Part shown: positions 47,484-57,309 of the stretch, in pieces | Numbering within the stretch: position 1 is the stretch's first letter | Layout of the letters: each line of letters starts with the position of its first letter | Assembly: GCA_029077825.1 (NCBI GenBank) | Contig: JAQNCT010000005.1 | Location: forward strand, 5,226-69,225 | DNA length: 64,000 nucleotides | Direction of reading: 5' to 3' | From: Acidocella sp. | GTDB lineage: Bacteria > Pseudomonadota > Alphaproteobacteria > Acetobacterales > Acetobacteraceae | The notes under the pieces: model-generated | Databases searched by the model: none | Told to the model about the DNA's origin: nothing | Seen by the model: the letters and a program-made list of their open reading frames with translations, nothing else | Made by a program: the position numbers and the translations under genes

Positions 47484-48493
47484 TCAGGGTTAATCTCCGG
47501 GGTTGTTAGCATCTGGGGTGTTAACTTAACCGCGTTGTCGTCCTGGATATGCGCAAGGCGAAGAGCAACCTCCGTTGTCACGGCATCAACCAGGGAATAG
47601 CGCGCCCGCCAGGCGCTGCGCTTAGCGGGCGGCACCTCCTCAATTGAGCGCCGGGTCCGCGTTTTGGGGAGTTGGTAGAAGCCACCCTCGATGGGTACAC
47701 CGCCTAATTCTTCCCAGAATTGACTATAATCGGCGTGCCAGATTTTTTTTAAGGGACGGGCGTGGCGTATATGGGCCTCGTTGGTGATGCCCTTGATATC
47801 AGCCACACCGATTAAATCCCGCAAAGCGTAGCTGACGTGGATCAGCAAATCCTTGGGCCGTAAGCCCCAAAGGTCTCGTGTGGCCCGCACGGTAACTTCC
47901 TTGCCGTCACCGTTGCTGGCCCCTTGCGAGCCGCCGATCCATAAATCTGGCAGCTCAGCCACATGCAACGCTCCAGCTACCAGGCTCAAGCTGAGCACCC
48001 GGCGTGAATCGGCCGTCCGCACCAGCTCAAGGATTAACTCGCCCTCATTGCGGTTGAGAATATTGATTCCCAGTTGCACTTCGTAAACCGCCCCGGCTTT
48101 GCCCTCCAGGCGGGCCAGAATAACCGGCTCCTCATGCAGGAGTTGCCGCACAAATTGTCGCCCGAAAGCGGCGAAAATCAGCCCGTAATGGGTTGTAAAC
48201 AGGTGAATTTTTTGCCGGTGGCTGAGGCCGTGATGCAGATACGGTTGGCAATTTTTACGTAGCATGGCGTAAGGCACGCGCTGCGCGCCCGCCCGGATGC
48301 GAATATCCTCCAGTGCTGCCAGCCAGCGCAGACTGCGCTGCGGCGAACGGAGCAGTCTCCACACCAGCCGGAATGCCGGGCGGGCATCCTGCTCGGCCAA
48401 ATGCCGCCCCAGTAGCCGCCAAACAGCCGGCTTTTCGGACCAAGAGCAGGGCGCAGCTGATAGATGAGTGTCAGCAACCAGTGCGGTATGCAT
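47450..48493 (-). CDS. VirK/YbjX (DUF535) family protein
   Basis: Family-typical blocks: CQPYLHHGLSHRQKIHLFTTHY, NEGELILEL, LWIGGSQG, LWGLRPKDLL, YSQFWEELGG and GFYQLP. The start is uncertain: ATG 48493 is preferred, and the ORF-track GTG is at 48583. The 3' end overlaps NiCoT by 34 nt. Confidence 0.7.
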   Translation of the reverse strand: MHTALVADTHLSAAPCSWSEKPAVWRLLGRHLAEQDARPAFRLVWRLLRSPQRSLRWLAALEDIRIRAGAQRVPYAMLRKNCQPYLHHGLSHRQKIHLFTTHYGLIFAAFGRQFVRQLLHEEPVILARLEGKAGAVYEVQLGINILNRNEGELILELVRTADSRRVLSLSLVAGALHVAELPDLWIGGSQGASNGDGKEVTVRATRDLWGLRPKDLLIHVSYALRDLIGVADIKGITNEAHIRHARPLKKIWHADYSQFWEELGGVPIEGGFYQLPKTRTRRSIEEVPPAKRSAWRARYSLVDAVTTEVALRLAHIQDDNAVKLTPQMLTTPEINPDHSAARTSISS

Positions 48494-48685
48494 CAAAATG
48501 GAGGTCCGTTTTTGGGTGATGCGGTAAATAATGAGGGGACATTTATGTAATGTAACGGAATATGACAGGTGCAGCAAGCGCACCTTTGCGTGCCATAAAT
48601 TATTTTTGGCGGTTCAGCGCCTGGGTATGGAAGATTGCAGCCGTAAAGCCGGTGCCGGGGCGTTACCACCCCGGCGTTATTGCTA

Positions 48686-48898
48686 TTACGCGTGGTTATG
48701 AGTGTCGGCGGCCTGCTTGGCGGCTTCGTCGGCGTGGTGGGTGGCATGCAGCCGGTGCGCATGCGCCAGATGGGCATGGTGGGCGGAGACTACATGTTCA
48801 TGTTTTTCCGCAAACTTGGCGGCTTCATGATGATGATGGGCCGCCCGCTCATGATGCATGGCGGCGTGGGCGTGGTGATCTTGGGTGGTGTGAGCCAT
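48686..48898 (-). CDS. Small histidine-rich protein (70 aa, 22 His)
   Basis: MAHTTQDHHAHAAMHHERAAHHHHEAAKFAEKHEHVVSAHHAHLAHAHRLHATHHADEAAKQAADTHNHA, preceded by AGGAAAACACC-ATG. The longer ORF-track start at 48985 has no RBS. Confidence 0.65.
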   Translation of the reverse strand: MAHTTQDHHAHAAMHHERAAHHHHEAAKFAEKHEHVVSAHHAHLAHAHRLHATHHADEAAKQAADTHNHA

Positions 48899-49132
48899 GG
48901 TGTTTTCCTGTAGCTTGATGTGACTGCTGATTGCAGCGAGGGCAGAGTGCGCTGCGGCGCATGACGGTTGCAGCCACAACGGCATGACAAGTCTGTGTCG
49001 TTTTTAGCCGTTCCGGCTTGACGGCGCGGCGCGGTTGGCCCAAAGACTGCGGGCTTAAGATGACGTCGTGCTGCGAGGGTTCGCACCACGGCGCGTTTTG
49101 CGTTTTTTTGGCTTTTTGCCGGGGGTGCATTG

Positions 49133-50515
49133 ATGTTCGACTCACTGTCGGGCAAATTTTCTGAGGTTTTCGAGCGGCTCCGCCGTCGCGGGAGCTTGAG
49201 CGAAGCTGATGTGACCGAGGCGCTGCGTGACATTCGCGTGGCGTTACTGGATGCTGACGTGGCATTGCCGGTGGTGAAGGATTTTATCAACGATGTGCGG
49301 GTGAAGGCCGTGGGCGCTGAGGTCCTGCGCTCAGTTTCACCAGGGCAGATGGTGGTTAAAATTGTGAATGACGCGCTGGTCGCTGCCCTGGGTGGTGTGG
49401 CCGTGCCGATCAATTTACTGGCCCCCGCGCCGATTCCGATTTTGATGGTCGGGCTGCAGGGTTCAGGCAAAACCACCACCTCGGGCAAATTGGCGTTGCG
49501 GCTAAAAACCCGTGAGCGCAAAAAAGTGCTGCTGGCCAGCCTGGATACCCAGCGCCCCGCCGCGCAGTTGCAGCTGGAACAATTGGCACAACGCGCTGAG
49601 GTGGTGTCCTTGCCGATTATTGCGGGCCAAACCCCGCTGCAAATTGCCCAGCGTGCCATGGATACCGCGCGCCGCGAAGTTTATGACGTTGTGATTCTGG
49701 ATACCGCCGGGCGCTTGTCGATCGACATGGCGTTGATGGAGGAGGTTAAAGCCATTCGCCGGGCGGTGAACCCGGTTGAGACCCTGCTGGTGGTTGATGC
49801 CATGACCGGGCAGGACGCCGTGGCCACCGCCACCGCGTTTAATGAGGCTTTGGGTATTTCTGGCATTGTGATGACCCGGCTGGATGGTGATAGCCGCGGC
49901 GGTGCCGCCCTTTCCATGCGGGCGGTGACCGGCGCGCCGATCAAGCTGGTGGGGCTTGGTGAGAAGCTGGACGCGCTCGATAATTTTGACCCTGAGCGGG
50001 TGGCCGGGCGCATTCTGGGCATGGGCGATATTGTGGGGCTGGTAGAGCGCGCCGCTGAAAATATTGACCAGGCGGAGGCTGAAAAGCTGGCCAAGCGGAT
50101 GGCCAAAGGCAAGTTTGACCTGGAAGATTACGCCAACCAGCTGAAACAAATTGCCAAAATGGGCTCAATGTCAGGTATTTTGGGCATGCTGCCGGGCGTT
50201 GGCAAAATTAAAAAACAAATTGAGGATGCCAACCTCGATACCACAATGTTCAAGCGCCAGGCAGCGATTATTGGCTCAATGACCAAGGCCGAGCGCAAAA
50301 ACCCGGATTTGCTGAAGGCCAGCCGCAAAAAGCGGATCGCGGCGGGTTCGGGAACCTCCGTTCAGGATGTGAATAAATTGCTCAAGCAGTTTGATGATAT
50401 GTCCACCATGATGAAGCGGATGAATAAAATGGGCGGCCAGGCTGCGATGATGCAGCAGATGCAGGCCGCCATGAACCAAAAGGGCGGTGCGCCAATGTTT
50501 AGGGGCCGCCGGTAA
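49133..50515 (+). CDS. ffh: Signal recognition particle protein Ffh
   Basis: MFDSLSGKFSEVF..., the GLQGSGKTTT and DTAGR motifs, and a Met-rich C-terminal M domain. Confidence 0.97.
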   Translation: MFDSLSGKFSEVFERLRRRGSLSEADVTEALRDIRVALLDADVALPVVKDFINDVRVKAVGAEVLRSVSPGQMVVKIVNDALVAALGGVAVPINLLAPAPIPILMVGLQGSGKTTTSGKLALRLKTRERKKVLLASLDTQRPAAQLQLEQLAQRAEVVSLPIIAGQTPLQIAQRAMDTARREVYDVVILDTAGRLSIDMALMEEVKAIRRAVNPVETLLVVDAMTGQDAVATATAFNEALGISGIVMTRLDGDSRGGAALSMRAVTGAPIKLVGLGEKLDALDNFDPERVAGRILGMGDIVGLVERAAENIDQAEAEKLAKRMAKGKFDLEDYANQLKQIAKMGSMSGILGMLPGVGKIKKQIEDANLDTTMFKRQAAIIGSMTKAERKNPDLLKASRKKRIAAGSGTSVQDVNKLLKQFDDMSTMMKRMNKMGGQAAMMQQMQAAMNQKGGAPMFRGRR

Positions 50516-50551
50516 TGCGTAAACTTTCATATTTTAACTGGAGACAATAAA

Positions 50552-50893
50552 ATGGCTGTAAAAATTCGTTTGGCGCGCGCTGGTGCTAAAAAGCGTCCGT
50601 TCTATCATATCGTGATCGCTGATGCGAACAGCCCGCGCGATGGTAAGTTTATTGAGCGCGTGGGCACCTATAACCCAATGCTGCCGGCTGACCATGCTGA
50701 GCGCGTGACCCTGGTAACCGAGCGTTTAACCCATTGGATTGCCAATGGCGCGCAGGCGACTGACCGGGTGGCGCGTTTTCTGGGCAAGGCCGGCTTGATT
50801 AAAATGCCGGTGTACGCGCCCCAGCCCATTCAGTCCGCGCCGAAGAAGAAGGCGCAGGAACGTGCGGCTGAACGCGCGAAAGCTGCGGCGTAA
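50552..50893 (+). CDS. rpsP: 30S ribosomal protein S16
   Basis: [35 protein letters not shown]... Confidence 0.96.
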   Translation: MAVKIRLARAGAKKRPFYHIVIADANSPRDGKFIERVGTYNPMLPADHAERVTLVTERLTHWIANGAQATDRVARFLGKAGLIKMPVYAPQPIQSAPKKKAQERAAERAKAAA

Positions 50894-50920
50894 GGTCATT
50901 TAAGTGCAGGTTAGCCATAA

Positions 50921-51445
50921 GTGACGGAGCGGTTGGTATTGATGGGCGTGATCGGCAAGCCACATGGCGTGCGGGGCTTGGTGCGGGTGAATGCCTACAC
51001 TGAGGACCCGCAGGCATTGGCTGATTACGCGCCATTGACCGACAAAGCAGGCCGCAAATTCGCGCTGGAATGGGTGATGGAGAGTGTTGCCCAGTTGAGC
51101 GAAATAACCGGTTCAACCAGCCGCAAAATCACTGACCGTACCGAAGCGGAACGCCTGACCAATGTGGAATTATTTGCCCCGCGCTCGGCCTTGCCGGTAA
51201 CCGGCGAGGAGGAATTTTATCTGGCGGATTTAATTGGCATGCAGGCGTTGGGGCCGGATGGGGCCAGGTTGGGCACCGTGGCGGCGGTGCATGATTATGG
51301 TGGCGGCACCAGCCTGGAAATAACGCCGGGTGCGTTGCTGGTGCCCTTTACCAAAGCCGTGGTGCCGGAGGTGAACATCGCCGCCGGGCATATTATGGTG
51401 GTGCCGCCGGTTGAAGTGGTGGCACTGCCGGATGGCGCGCCGTGA
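50921..51445 (+). CDS. rimM: Ribosome maturation factor RimM
   Basis: [26 protein letters not shown]..., in the rpsP-rimM-trmD-rplS order. The start codon is GTG. Confidence 0.9.
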   Translation: MTERLVLMGVIGKPHGVRGLVRVNAYTEDPQALADYAPLTDKAGRKFALEWVMESVAQLSEITGSTSRKITDRTEAERLTNVELFAPRSALPVTGEEEFYLADLIGMQALGPDGARLGTVAAVHDYGGGTSLEITPGALLVPFTKAVVPEVNIAAGHIMVVPPVEVVALPDGAP

Positions 51446-52245
51446 GTACGCTGCGGGAAGATGCTCGCCTGCGCGAGCATGACGCGGTGATGGGCGAGCA
51501 TGACGAGATAAAATGCGCGCATGACGGGGCTAGCTGGCGGGCGGATGTTTTGACTATTTTCCCTGCCATGTTTCCGGGGCCGCTTTGTGAAAGTCTGGCG
51601 GGTAAAGCCCTGGCGGCTGGCATATGGTCACTGAAAGCCACTGACATTCGAGACTTTGGCCTGGGGCGGCACCGCAGTGTTGATGATACCCCCTTTGGCG
51701 GCGGCGCTGGTATGGTGATGCGCCCGGATGTGCTGGATGCGGCGATTGCCTCTGTCGCTGATGCGCATGACGGCGCCAAACGCCCTTTGGTTGTACTAAC
51801 CCCGCGCGGCGTGCCGTTGACCCAAAAGCGGGTGGCAGCACTGGCTGCCGGGCCGGGTGTGATTTTGCTGTGTGGCCGCTTTGAGGGAATTGACCAACGG
51901 GTAATTGAGGCGCGCTCCGCCGAGGAGATCAGCATTGGGGATTATGTGCTCTCCGGTGGTGAAATCGCCGCCCTGGCTTTGCTGGACGCCGCCGTGCGGC
52001 TGCTGCCGGGCGTGATGGGTGCGGCCGCCAGCGCCGAAGAGGAAAGCTTTGCCACCGCTTTGCTCGAATACCCGCACTACACCCGCCCGGCTGTGTGGGC
52101 AGGCCGGGCCGTGCCGGAAACCCTTACGTCGGGCAACCACCAGGCCATTGCAGCCTGGCGCCACGCCCAAGCCGCTGACATCACCAAAAACCGCAGACCC
52201 GACCTTTATAACCAATATGTTGCATCTGGTGCGCAGGCACCCTAA
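51442..52245 (+). CDS. trmD: tRNA (guanine37-N1)-methyltransferase TrmD, with a repeat-derived N-terminal extension
   Basis: The conserved core starts at [13 protein letters not shown] (nt 51547) and includes the GGGAGMVM motif. Possible starts are GTG 51442 (a GTGA overlap with rimM) or ATG 51490. Confidence 0.92.
   Translation: MSTLREDARLREHDAVMGEHDEIKCAHDGASWRADVLTIFPAMFPGPLCESLAGKALAAGIWSLKATDIRDFGLGRHRSVDDTPFGGGAGMVMRPDVLDAAIASVADAHDGAKRPLVVLTPRGVPLTQKRVAALAAGPGVILLCGRFEGIDQRVIEARSAEEISIGDYVLSGGEIAALALLDAAVRLLPGVMGAAASAEEESFATALLEYPHYTRPAVWAGRAVPETLTSGNHQAIAAWRHAQAADITKNRRPDLYNQYVASGAQAP
51460..51529. repeat. REP-like cluster inside the trmD 5' region: hairpin GATGCTCGCCTGCGCGAGCATGACG (51460-51484) plus two half-copies
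   Basis: Half-copies are GGCGAGCATGACGAG (51493-51507) and GCGCGCATGACGGGG (51515-51529). The architecture matches the intergenic clusters. Confidence 0.8.
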
Positions 52246-52272
52246 ACACCTCGCCGAAAAGGATTTCTGACC

Positions 52273-52656
52273 ATGAACATTATTCAAACCATCAATGCCG
52301 AGCAAATCGCCAAGCTCACCGAAGGCAAACCCATTCCGCCCTTCGCCCCGGGTGATACGCTGCGCGTGTCAGTTAAGGTGAAGGAAGGCGAGCGCTCGCG
52401 GATCCAGGCCTTTGAAGGTGTGTGCATTGCGCGTTCCAACCGGGGAATCAATTCCTCATTCACGGTGCGCAAAATCTCCTACGGTGAGGGTGTGGAGCGT
52501 ATTTTCCAGCTTTATGCGCCCACCATCTCAGAAATTCATGTGATGCGTCGTGGTGATGTGCGCCGCGCCAAGCTGTATTACTTACGTGGCCGCCGCGGTA
52601 AGTCAGCCCGGATTGCTGAAAAAGCCCGTGAGGTTGAAGCCCCGGCTGCCGAATAA
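52273..52656 (+). CDS. rplS: 50S ribosomal protein L19
   Basis: 127 aa with [30 protein letters not shown]. Confidence 0.96.
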   Translation: MNIIQTINAEQIAKLTEGKPIPPFAPGDTLRVSVKVKEGERSRIQAFEGVCIARSNRGINSSFTVRKISYGEGVERIFQLYAPTISEIHVMRRGDVRRAKLYYLRGRRGKSARIAEKAREVEAPAAE

Positions 52657-52706
52657 GCTCAATAATAGGGGGGTTAGCCCCCCGCACCCGTTAGCATGAT
52701 AAAAAA

Positions 52707-52744
52707 AGCGCTCAGCGGTGTTATAACACCCTGAGCGTTTTTTA
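52707..52744 (+). terminator. Rho-independent terminator after rplS
   Basis: AGCGCTCAGCGGTGTTATAACACCCTGAGCG is followed by TTTTTTAT. A second small GGGGGG-TTAG-CCCCCC hairpin lies at 52668-52683. Confidence 0.8.
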
Positions 52745-52776
52745 TTGTGAACCAACGCCCACCACAGGAGACAGCC

Positions 52777-54183
52777 ATGCCAGCAGCACGAACTTTGTTT
52801 GACAAACTTTGGGATGCCCATGTGGTGGAGCGCCTGCCTGATGGTACCTGTGTGCTGTATATCGACCGGCATCTGGTGCATGAGGTAACCAGCCCGCAAG
52901 CGTTTGAGGGTTTGCGTCTGGCAGGGCGCAAAGTGCGCCGGGTGGATGCCACAATCGCGGTGGTGGACCATAATATCCCCACTGAGGGGCGGCGCAGCGG
53001 CATTAATGAGCCTGAAAGCCTGCTGCAAATTGCCACGTTGGAGAAAAACGTCGCGGATTTTGGGGTGCCTTATATTCCAGTGCTCGATGAGCGCCAGGGC
53101 ATTGTGCATGTGATGGGCCCCGAGCAGGGCATCAGCCTGCCGGGGATGACCATTGTGTGCGGGGATTCCCATACCAGCACGCATGGCGCGATGGGCGCAC
53201 TGGCGTTTGGCATTGGTACCTCAGAGGTTGAGCATGTGCTGGCAACCCAGACTTTATTGCAAAAACCAGCGCTGAACATGCTGGTGCGGGTGGATGGTGT
53301 GTTGCCCGCAGGTGCTACCGCCAAGGATATTATTCTGGCGGTGATTGGTGAAATTGGCACCGCCGGCGGCAATGGCCATGTGATAGAATACGCCGGTGAG
53401 GCAATTAGCGCGCTTGACATGGCAGGCCGCATGACAGTGTGCAACATGAGCATTGAAGCCGGGGCGCGGGCTGGTTTGATTGCACCTGATGATGTGACGT
53501 TTGATTATATCAAAGGCCGCCCGTACGCGCCCAAAGCTGATGATTTTGCCAAGGCTGTGGCTTATTGGCGCACGCTGCCCACTGATGCTGGCGCGCATTA
53601 TGATAAAACAGTGGTGCTGGATGCTGCCAAAATTATTCCACAGGTAAGCTGGGGCACCAACCCCGAGGCCGTGATGCCCATTACCGGTGTTGTGCCAAAC
53701 CCAGCCGCCGCGCCTGATGCCGCCAAGCGTGACCAAATGCAGCGCATGCTGGATTATATGGGCCTGACGCCTGGGCAAAAACTGGCAGGCACCAAAATTG
53801 ATGTGGTGTTTATTGGCTCTTGCACCAATTCACGCATTGAGGATTTGCGCGCCGCCGCAGCCGTGGCGGTGGGCAAGCACGTGGCCCATGGCGTGCGGGC
53901 TTTGGTGGTGCCAGGCTCTGGGTTGGTAAAGCGCCAGGCTGAGGCGGAAGGGCTGGATGTTATATTTACCAACGCCGGGTTTGAATGGCGCGAGCCTGGG
54001 TGTTCCATGTGCCTGGGCATGAACCCTGACAAACTTACCCCTGGCCAGCGCTGTGCCAGCACCTCCAACCGCAATTTTGAAGGCAGGCAAGGCCCCGGCG
54101 GGCGCACGCATTTACTCTCTCCAGCCATGGCGGCGGCGGCAGCGGTAACTGGAATGCTCACGGATGTGCGGGAGCTGGTATAA
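52777..54183 (+). CDS. leuC: 3-isopropylmalate dehydratase large subunit
   Basis: [17 protein letters not shown]..., with the Fe-S ligand motifs [16 protein letters not shown] and CSMCLGMN. An AGGAG RBS lies at 52766-52770. Confidence 0.96.
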   Translation: MPAARTLFDKLWDAHVVERLPDGTCVLYIDRHLVHEVTSPQAFEGLRLAGRKVRRVDATIAVVDHNIPTEGRRSGINEPESLLQIATLEKNVADFGVPYIPVLDERQGIVHVMGPEQGISLPGMTIVCGDSHTSTHGAMGALAFGIGTSEVEHVLATQTLLQKPALNMLVRVDGVLPAGATAKDIILAVIGEIGTAGGNGHVIEYAGEAISALDMAGRMTVCNMSIEAGARAGLIAPDDVTFDYIKGRPYAPKADDFAKAVAYWRTLPTDAGAHYDKTVVLDAAKIIPQVSWGTNPEAVMPITGVVPNPAAAPDAAKRDQMQRMLDYMGLTPGQKLAGTKIDVVFIGSCTNSRIEDLRAAAAVAVGKHVAHGVRALVVPGSGLVKRQAEAEGLDVIFTNAGFEWREPGCSMCLGMNPDKLTPGQRCASTSNRNFEGRQGPGGRTHLLSPAMAAAAAVTGMLTDVRELV

Positions 54184-54797
54184 TGGATAAATTTACGGTT
54201 TTAACCGGCGTGGCAGCGCCGCTGAACATCGCTAATATTGATACTGACAAAATCATCCCGGCGCGGTTTTTAAAAACCATCAAGCGCACGGGTTTGGGCA
54301 AAAACCTGTTCGCCAATATGCGCTACGCTGAAGATGGTGCCGAAAAACCTGAATTTGTGTTGAACCAGCCGAAATACCGCCATGCTGAAATTTTGGTGGC
54401 GGGGGAGAATTTTGGCTGTGGCTCATCACGCGAGCACGCGCCCTGGGCGTTGCTGGATTTTGGGATTCGCTGCGTAATTGCGCCCAGCTTTGCCGATATT
54501 TTCCATGGCAATTGCTTCAAAAACGGTATTTTGCCGGTGGTGTTGCCGGCTGATGTTTGTGAGCAATTATTGGCTGATGCTGAACTTGGCACCAATGCGC
54601 GGTTGAGTGTGGATTTAGCACGCCAAATGGTGGTGCGCCCAGATGGCCAGGAAATTCATTTCGAGGTTGATGCGTTTCGTAAACATTGTTTGCTCAACGG
54701 GCTGGATGACATTGGCCTGACCCTGGCGCACGTGGCCGCGATTGATACTTATGAGACCAACGAGCCGGCCTGGAAGCCGGTGATTGCAGGAGTGTAA
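54183..54797 (+). CDS. leuD: 3-isopropylmalate dehydratase small subunit
   Basis: 204 aa with [23 protein letters not shown] overlap joins it to leuC. Confidence 0.95.
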   Translation: MDKFTVLTGVAAPLNIANIDTDKIIPARFLKTIKRTGLGKNLFANMRYAEDGAEKPEFVLNQPKYRHAEILVAGENFGCGSSREHAPWALLDFGIRCVIAPSFADIFHGNCFKNGILPVVLPADVCEQLLADAELGTNARLSVDLARQMVVRPDGQEIHFEVDAFRKHCLLNGLDDIGLTLAHVAAIDTYETNEPAWKPVIAGV

Positions 54798-54799
54798 CG

Positions 54800-55912
54800 G
54801 TGATGCTGGCAAATAAAACCATTTTGATGCTGCCAGGTGATGGCATTGGCCCGGAGGTAATGGCGCAAGCCAAGCGGGTGCTGGGCTGGCTGCAACAAAC
54901 CAAGCGCGCCAGCTTTGAGATTACGGAGGATTTGGTCGGCGGTGCGGCGGTGGATGTGCACGGCGTGCCAATCACTGAGGCCACCATGCAAAAGGCACTG
55001 GCGGTTGATGCGGTGTTGTTTGGCGCTGTCGGCGGCCCGCAATATGATAATTTGAGCTTTGACATCCGCCCGGAAGCCGCGTTGTTGCGGTTGCGCAAAG
55101 AGCTTGGCGTGTTTGCCAATTTACGCCCGGCCAAAGTGTTTGAGGCGCTGGTGGATGCCAGCTCATTAAAGCCTGAGCTGGTGCGCGGGTTGGATATTAT
55201 GATTGTGCGCGAATGCATCGGCGGGGTGTATTTTGGCGAACCGCGCGGCATTGAAACGCTGCCCGATGGCAGCAAGCGCGGCGTGAACACCGAGGTTTAC
55301 ACCACACCTGAAATTGAGCGTGTGGGCCGGGTGGCGTTTGAATTGGCACGCAAGCGCAACAACATTGTGTGCAGTGTGGAAAAAGCCAACGTGATGGAAA
55401 GCGGCTTGCTCTGGCGCCAAACCATGCAGAGCTTGCGTGATGCTGAATACCCGGATGTAACGCTGAGCCATATGTACGCTGATAATTGCGCCATGCAGCT
55501 GGCCCGCAACCCCAAACAGTTTGATGTGATTGTGACCGGCAATTTGTTTGGCGATATTTTATCAGACCTTGCCGCCATGCTCACCGGCTCGCTCGGCATG
55601 CTGCCATCCGCCACGTTGGGTGCTATGGACAGCGCTGGCCGGCGCCATGCCTTCTATGAGCCGATCCATGGGTCAGCGCCGGACATTGCAGGCAAGGGGC
55701 TGGCCAACCCGCTGGCGCAAATTCTCAGCCTGGCATTGTTGCTGCGCTATTCGTTTGACATGGAAGAAGATGCCACCGCCATAGAGGCAGCGGTTGAGCG
55801 GGTGTTGGCCACCGCTGGCCGCACCGCTGACATTGCAGCCAAGGGCCGCGCCCAGCTGAGCACCGCCGAGATGGGTGATGCCGTATTGGCGGAATTGGCC
55901 AAAACCGCCTGA
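54800..55912 (+). CDS. leuB: 3-isopropylmalate dehydrogenase
   Basis: 370 aa with [10 protein letters not shown] and NLFGDILSD. Confidence 0.96.
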   Translation: MMLANKTILMLPGDGIGPEVMAQAKRVLGWLQQTKRASFEITEDLVGGAAVDVHGVPITEATMQKALAVDAVLFGAVGGPQYDNLSFDIRPEAALLRLRKELGVFANLRPAKVFEALVDASSLKPELVRGLDIMIVRECIGGVYFGEPRGIETLPDGSKRGVNTEVYTTPEIERVGRVAFELARKRNNIVCSVEKANVMESGLLWRQTMQSLRDAEYPDVTLSHMYADNCAMQLARNPKQFDVIVTGNLFGDILSDLAAMLTGSLGMLPSATLGAMDSAGRRHAFYEPIHGSAPDIAGKGLANPLAQILSLALLLRYSFDMEEDATAIEAAVERVLATAGRTADIAAKGRAQLSTAEMGDAVLAELAKTA

Positions 55913-55977
55913 TGGCGGCTATGTGAGGCTGGCATATTGCCGTATGATGATGCTTCAGCTACATCACGCGGCGTGCT

Positions 55978-56054
55978 GCACCCGTAGCTCAATTGGATAG
56001 AGCACCAGACTACGAATCTGGGGGTTAGGGGTTCGACTCCCTTCGGGTGCGCCA
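55978..56054 (+). tRNA. tRNA-Arg (anticodon ACG)
   Basis: Hand-folded cloverleaf: acceptor GCACCCG/CGGGTGC, D arm GCTC...GAGC, anticodon stem CCAGA/TCTGG with loop CTACGAA, T arm AGGGG-TTCGACT-CCCTT, and an encoded CCA. Confidence 0.9.
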
Positions 56055-56056
56055 TT

Positions 56057-56494
56057 TTATATGATGCTTTTACGTAAAAATACCCGCCGTGACTGGTTGG
56101 GGTAATTGGCCAACTCTCCAAAACTCTCAAAGCCATGGCGCAGGTAAAACGCGAGGGCGGCGGGGTTCAGCGTATCTAGCCACAGGCCGGTGCAGCCACG
56201 GTTTTTCGCCTCAATTTCGGCGCGGGTGAGCAGCGCATGGCCAAGCCCCTGGCCGCGAAGCGCTTGGGGCACAAACAGCAATTCAATGAACAACCAGTTT
56301 TGCCAGCTGCGCCCCACTAGCCCGCCTTGCCACGCGCCGTGTTCATTTTGCAACATAATGGCCAGTGGTAAGCTGCTGACGGGGGGTAGAAAATCCGCAT
56401 GGTGGGCGGTGATGCCGTTAATTAAATAATCCCGAAACGCGGCGTCCGGTGTTTCGCTCAGGCGCAGCGTCAGGCCAGTTGGTAACAGGCTCAT
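56057..56494 (-). CDS. GNAT-family N-acetyltransferase
   Basis: 145 aa with the acetyl-CoA motif LRGQGLGHALLTRAE and YLRHGFE. Confidence 0.8.
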   Translation of the reverse strand: MSLLPTGLTLRLSETPDAAFRDYLINGITAHHADFLPPVSSLPLAIMLQNEHGAWQGGLVGRSWQNWLFIELLFVPQALRGQGLGHALLTRAEIEAKNRGCTGLWLDTLNPAALAFYLRHGFESFGELANYPNQSRRVFLRKSII

Positions 56495-57243
56495 GTGCGG
56501 GTGAGTTCGTTCAGCCGTACAAAGCGCGTACCGCTATTGTGCAAGGCCACCAACCCGGCGGCAATGCCAGCGCCGGAATCACGTTTGGGCTGGTTGATAT
56601 GGCCGATGATCACATCACCATCGCGGGCATTTTCCATGCGCTGGGCCACCACATTGTGTGGTAATGAAGCGCCCGCATCGGCGCTGAGTGAATAGCCGCC
56701 GATGCCAAACCCCAAAGCCTCAATCAACGGTATGGCTTGCGGGCTGTAAATGGCAGCAGCCCCACGGTACCAGCCTGGGGCGCGGCCGGTGGCGGCGGTA
56801 ATGGCGGCGGCGCCGTTTTGCACCTCAGCGCGGATGGCAGCTGGCGTGCCAGCGCTGGTCAGGCCAAATATTTTACCCCCGCCCAAAATGGGGGGCAGAT
56901 GCTGGGCACCGTGGTTTTCCAGCGTGAAAATATCAGGCCGGGCCAACAGGTACGCCAAACCCTGCGGGTTGCCGCGCAGCCATAACCCGGTGACAAAAAT
57001 GGTGGCCGGAATGTTATAGCGCACCAGCGTATCAGCTATCCGGTGGTCAAAATGGCCGGGGCAGGCATCAAACGTCAGTGCTACGGTGCGGCTGTTGGGC
57101 GGGCTGTTGGTGTTGGTAAGGCGCAGTTGCGGCTCCAGCAGCCCGGCAGTGGGGGCTTGGCCCCGGGCAATGCGGCTGAGCGGCAGCGTCAGGGCACCGC
57201 CACAAAAGAAGCGCCGCGAGACTGTGGTGCAAACGTCGCACAT
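56491..57243 (-). CDS. Polysaccharide deacetylase (NodB-homology) family protein, probably exported
   Basis: 250 aa with an SRRFF-containing N-terminus (Tat-like), the LTFDACP and HGAQH motifs, and a 4-nt overlap with the GNAT gene. Confidence 0.7.
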   Translation of the reverse strand: MCDVCTTVSRRFFCGGALTLPLSRIARGQAPTAGLLEPQLRLTNTNSPPNSRTVALTFDACPGHFDHRIADTLVRYNIPATIFVTGLWLRGNPQGLAYLLARPDIFTLENHGAQHLPPILGGGKIFGLTSAGTPAAIRAEVQNGAAAITAATGRAPGWYRGAAAIYSPQAIPLIEALGFGIGGYSLSADAGASLPHNVVAQRMENARDGDVIIGHINQPKRDSGAGIAAGLVALHNSGTRFVRLNELTRT

Positions 57244-57309
57244 GCAGGCATTTCCTAAAGGTCTTAGTTGCTTTGCGCGGGGCGCGCCGCCGCGTCAATG
57301 CTGGTTTGG

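Noticed and set aside
48562-48918. Plus-strand ORFs of 118 aa and 77 aa opposite the His-rich gene, and the 99-aa extended version of the His-rich ORF starting at 48985.
   Set aside because: The plus-strand ORFs are Met/Gly/Val-rich mirror translations of the CAT/CAC-rich coding strand. The extended start lacks an RBS, whereas ATG 48898 is preceded by AGGAAA at a suitable distance.
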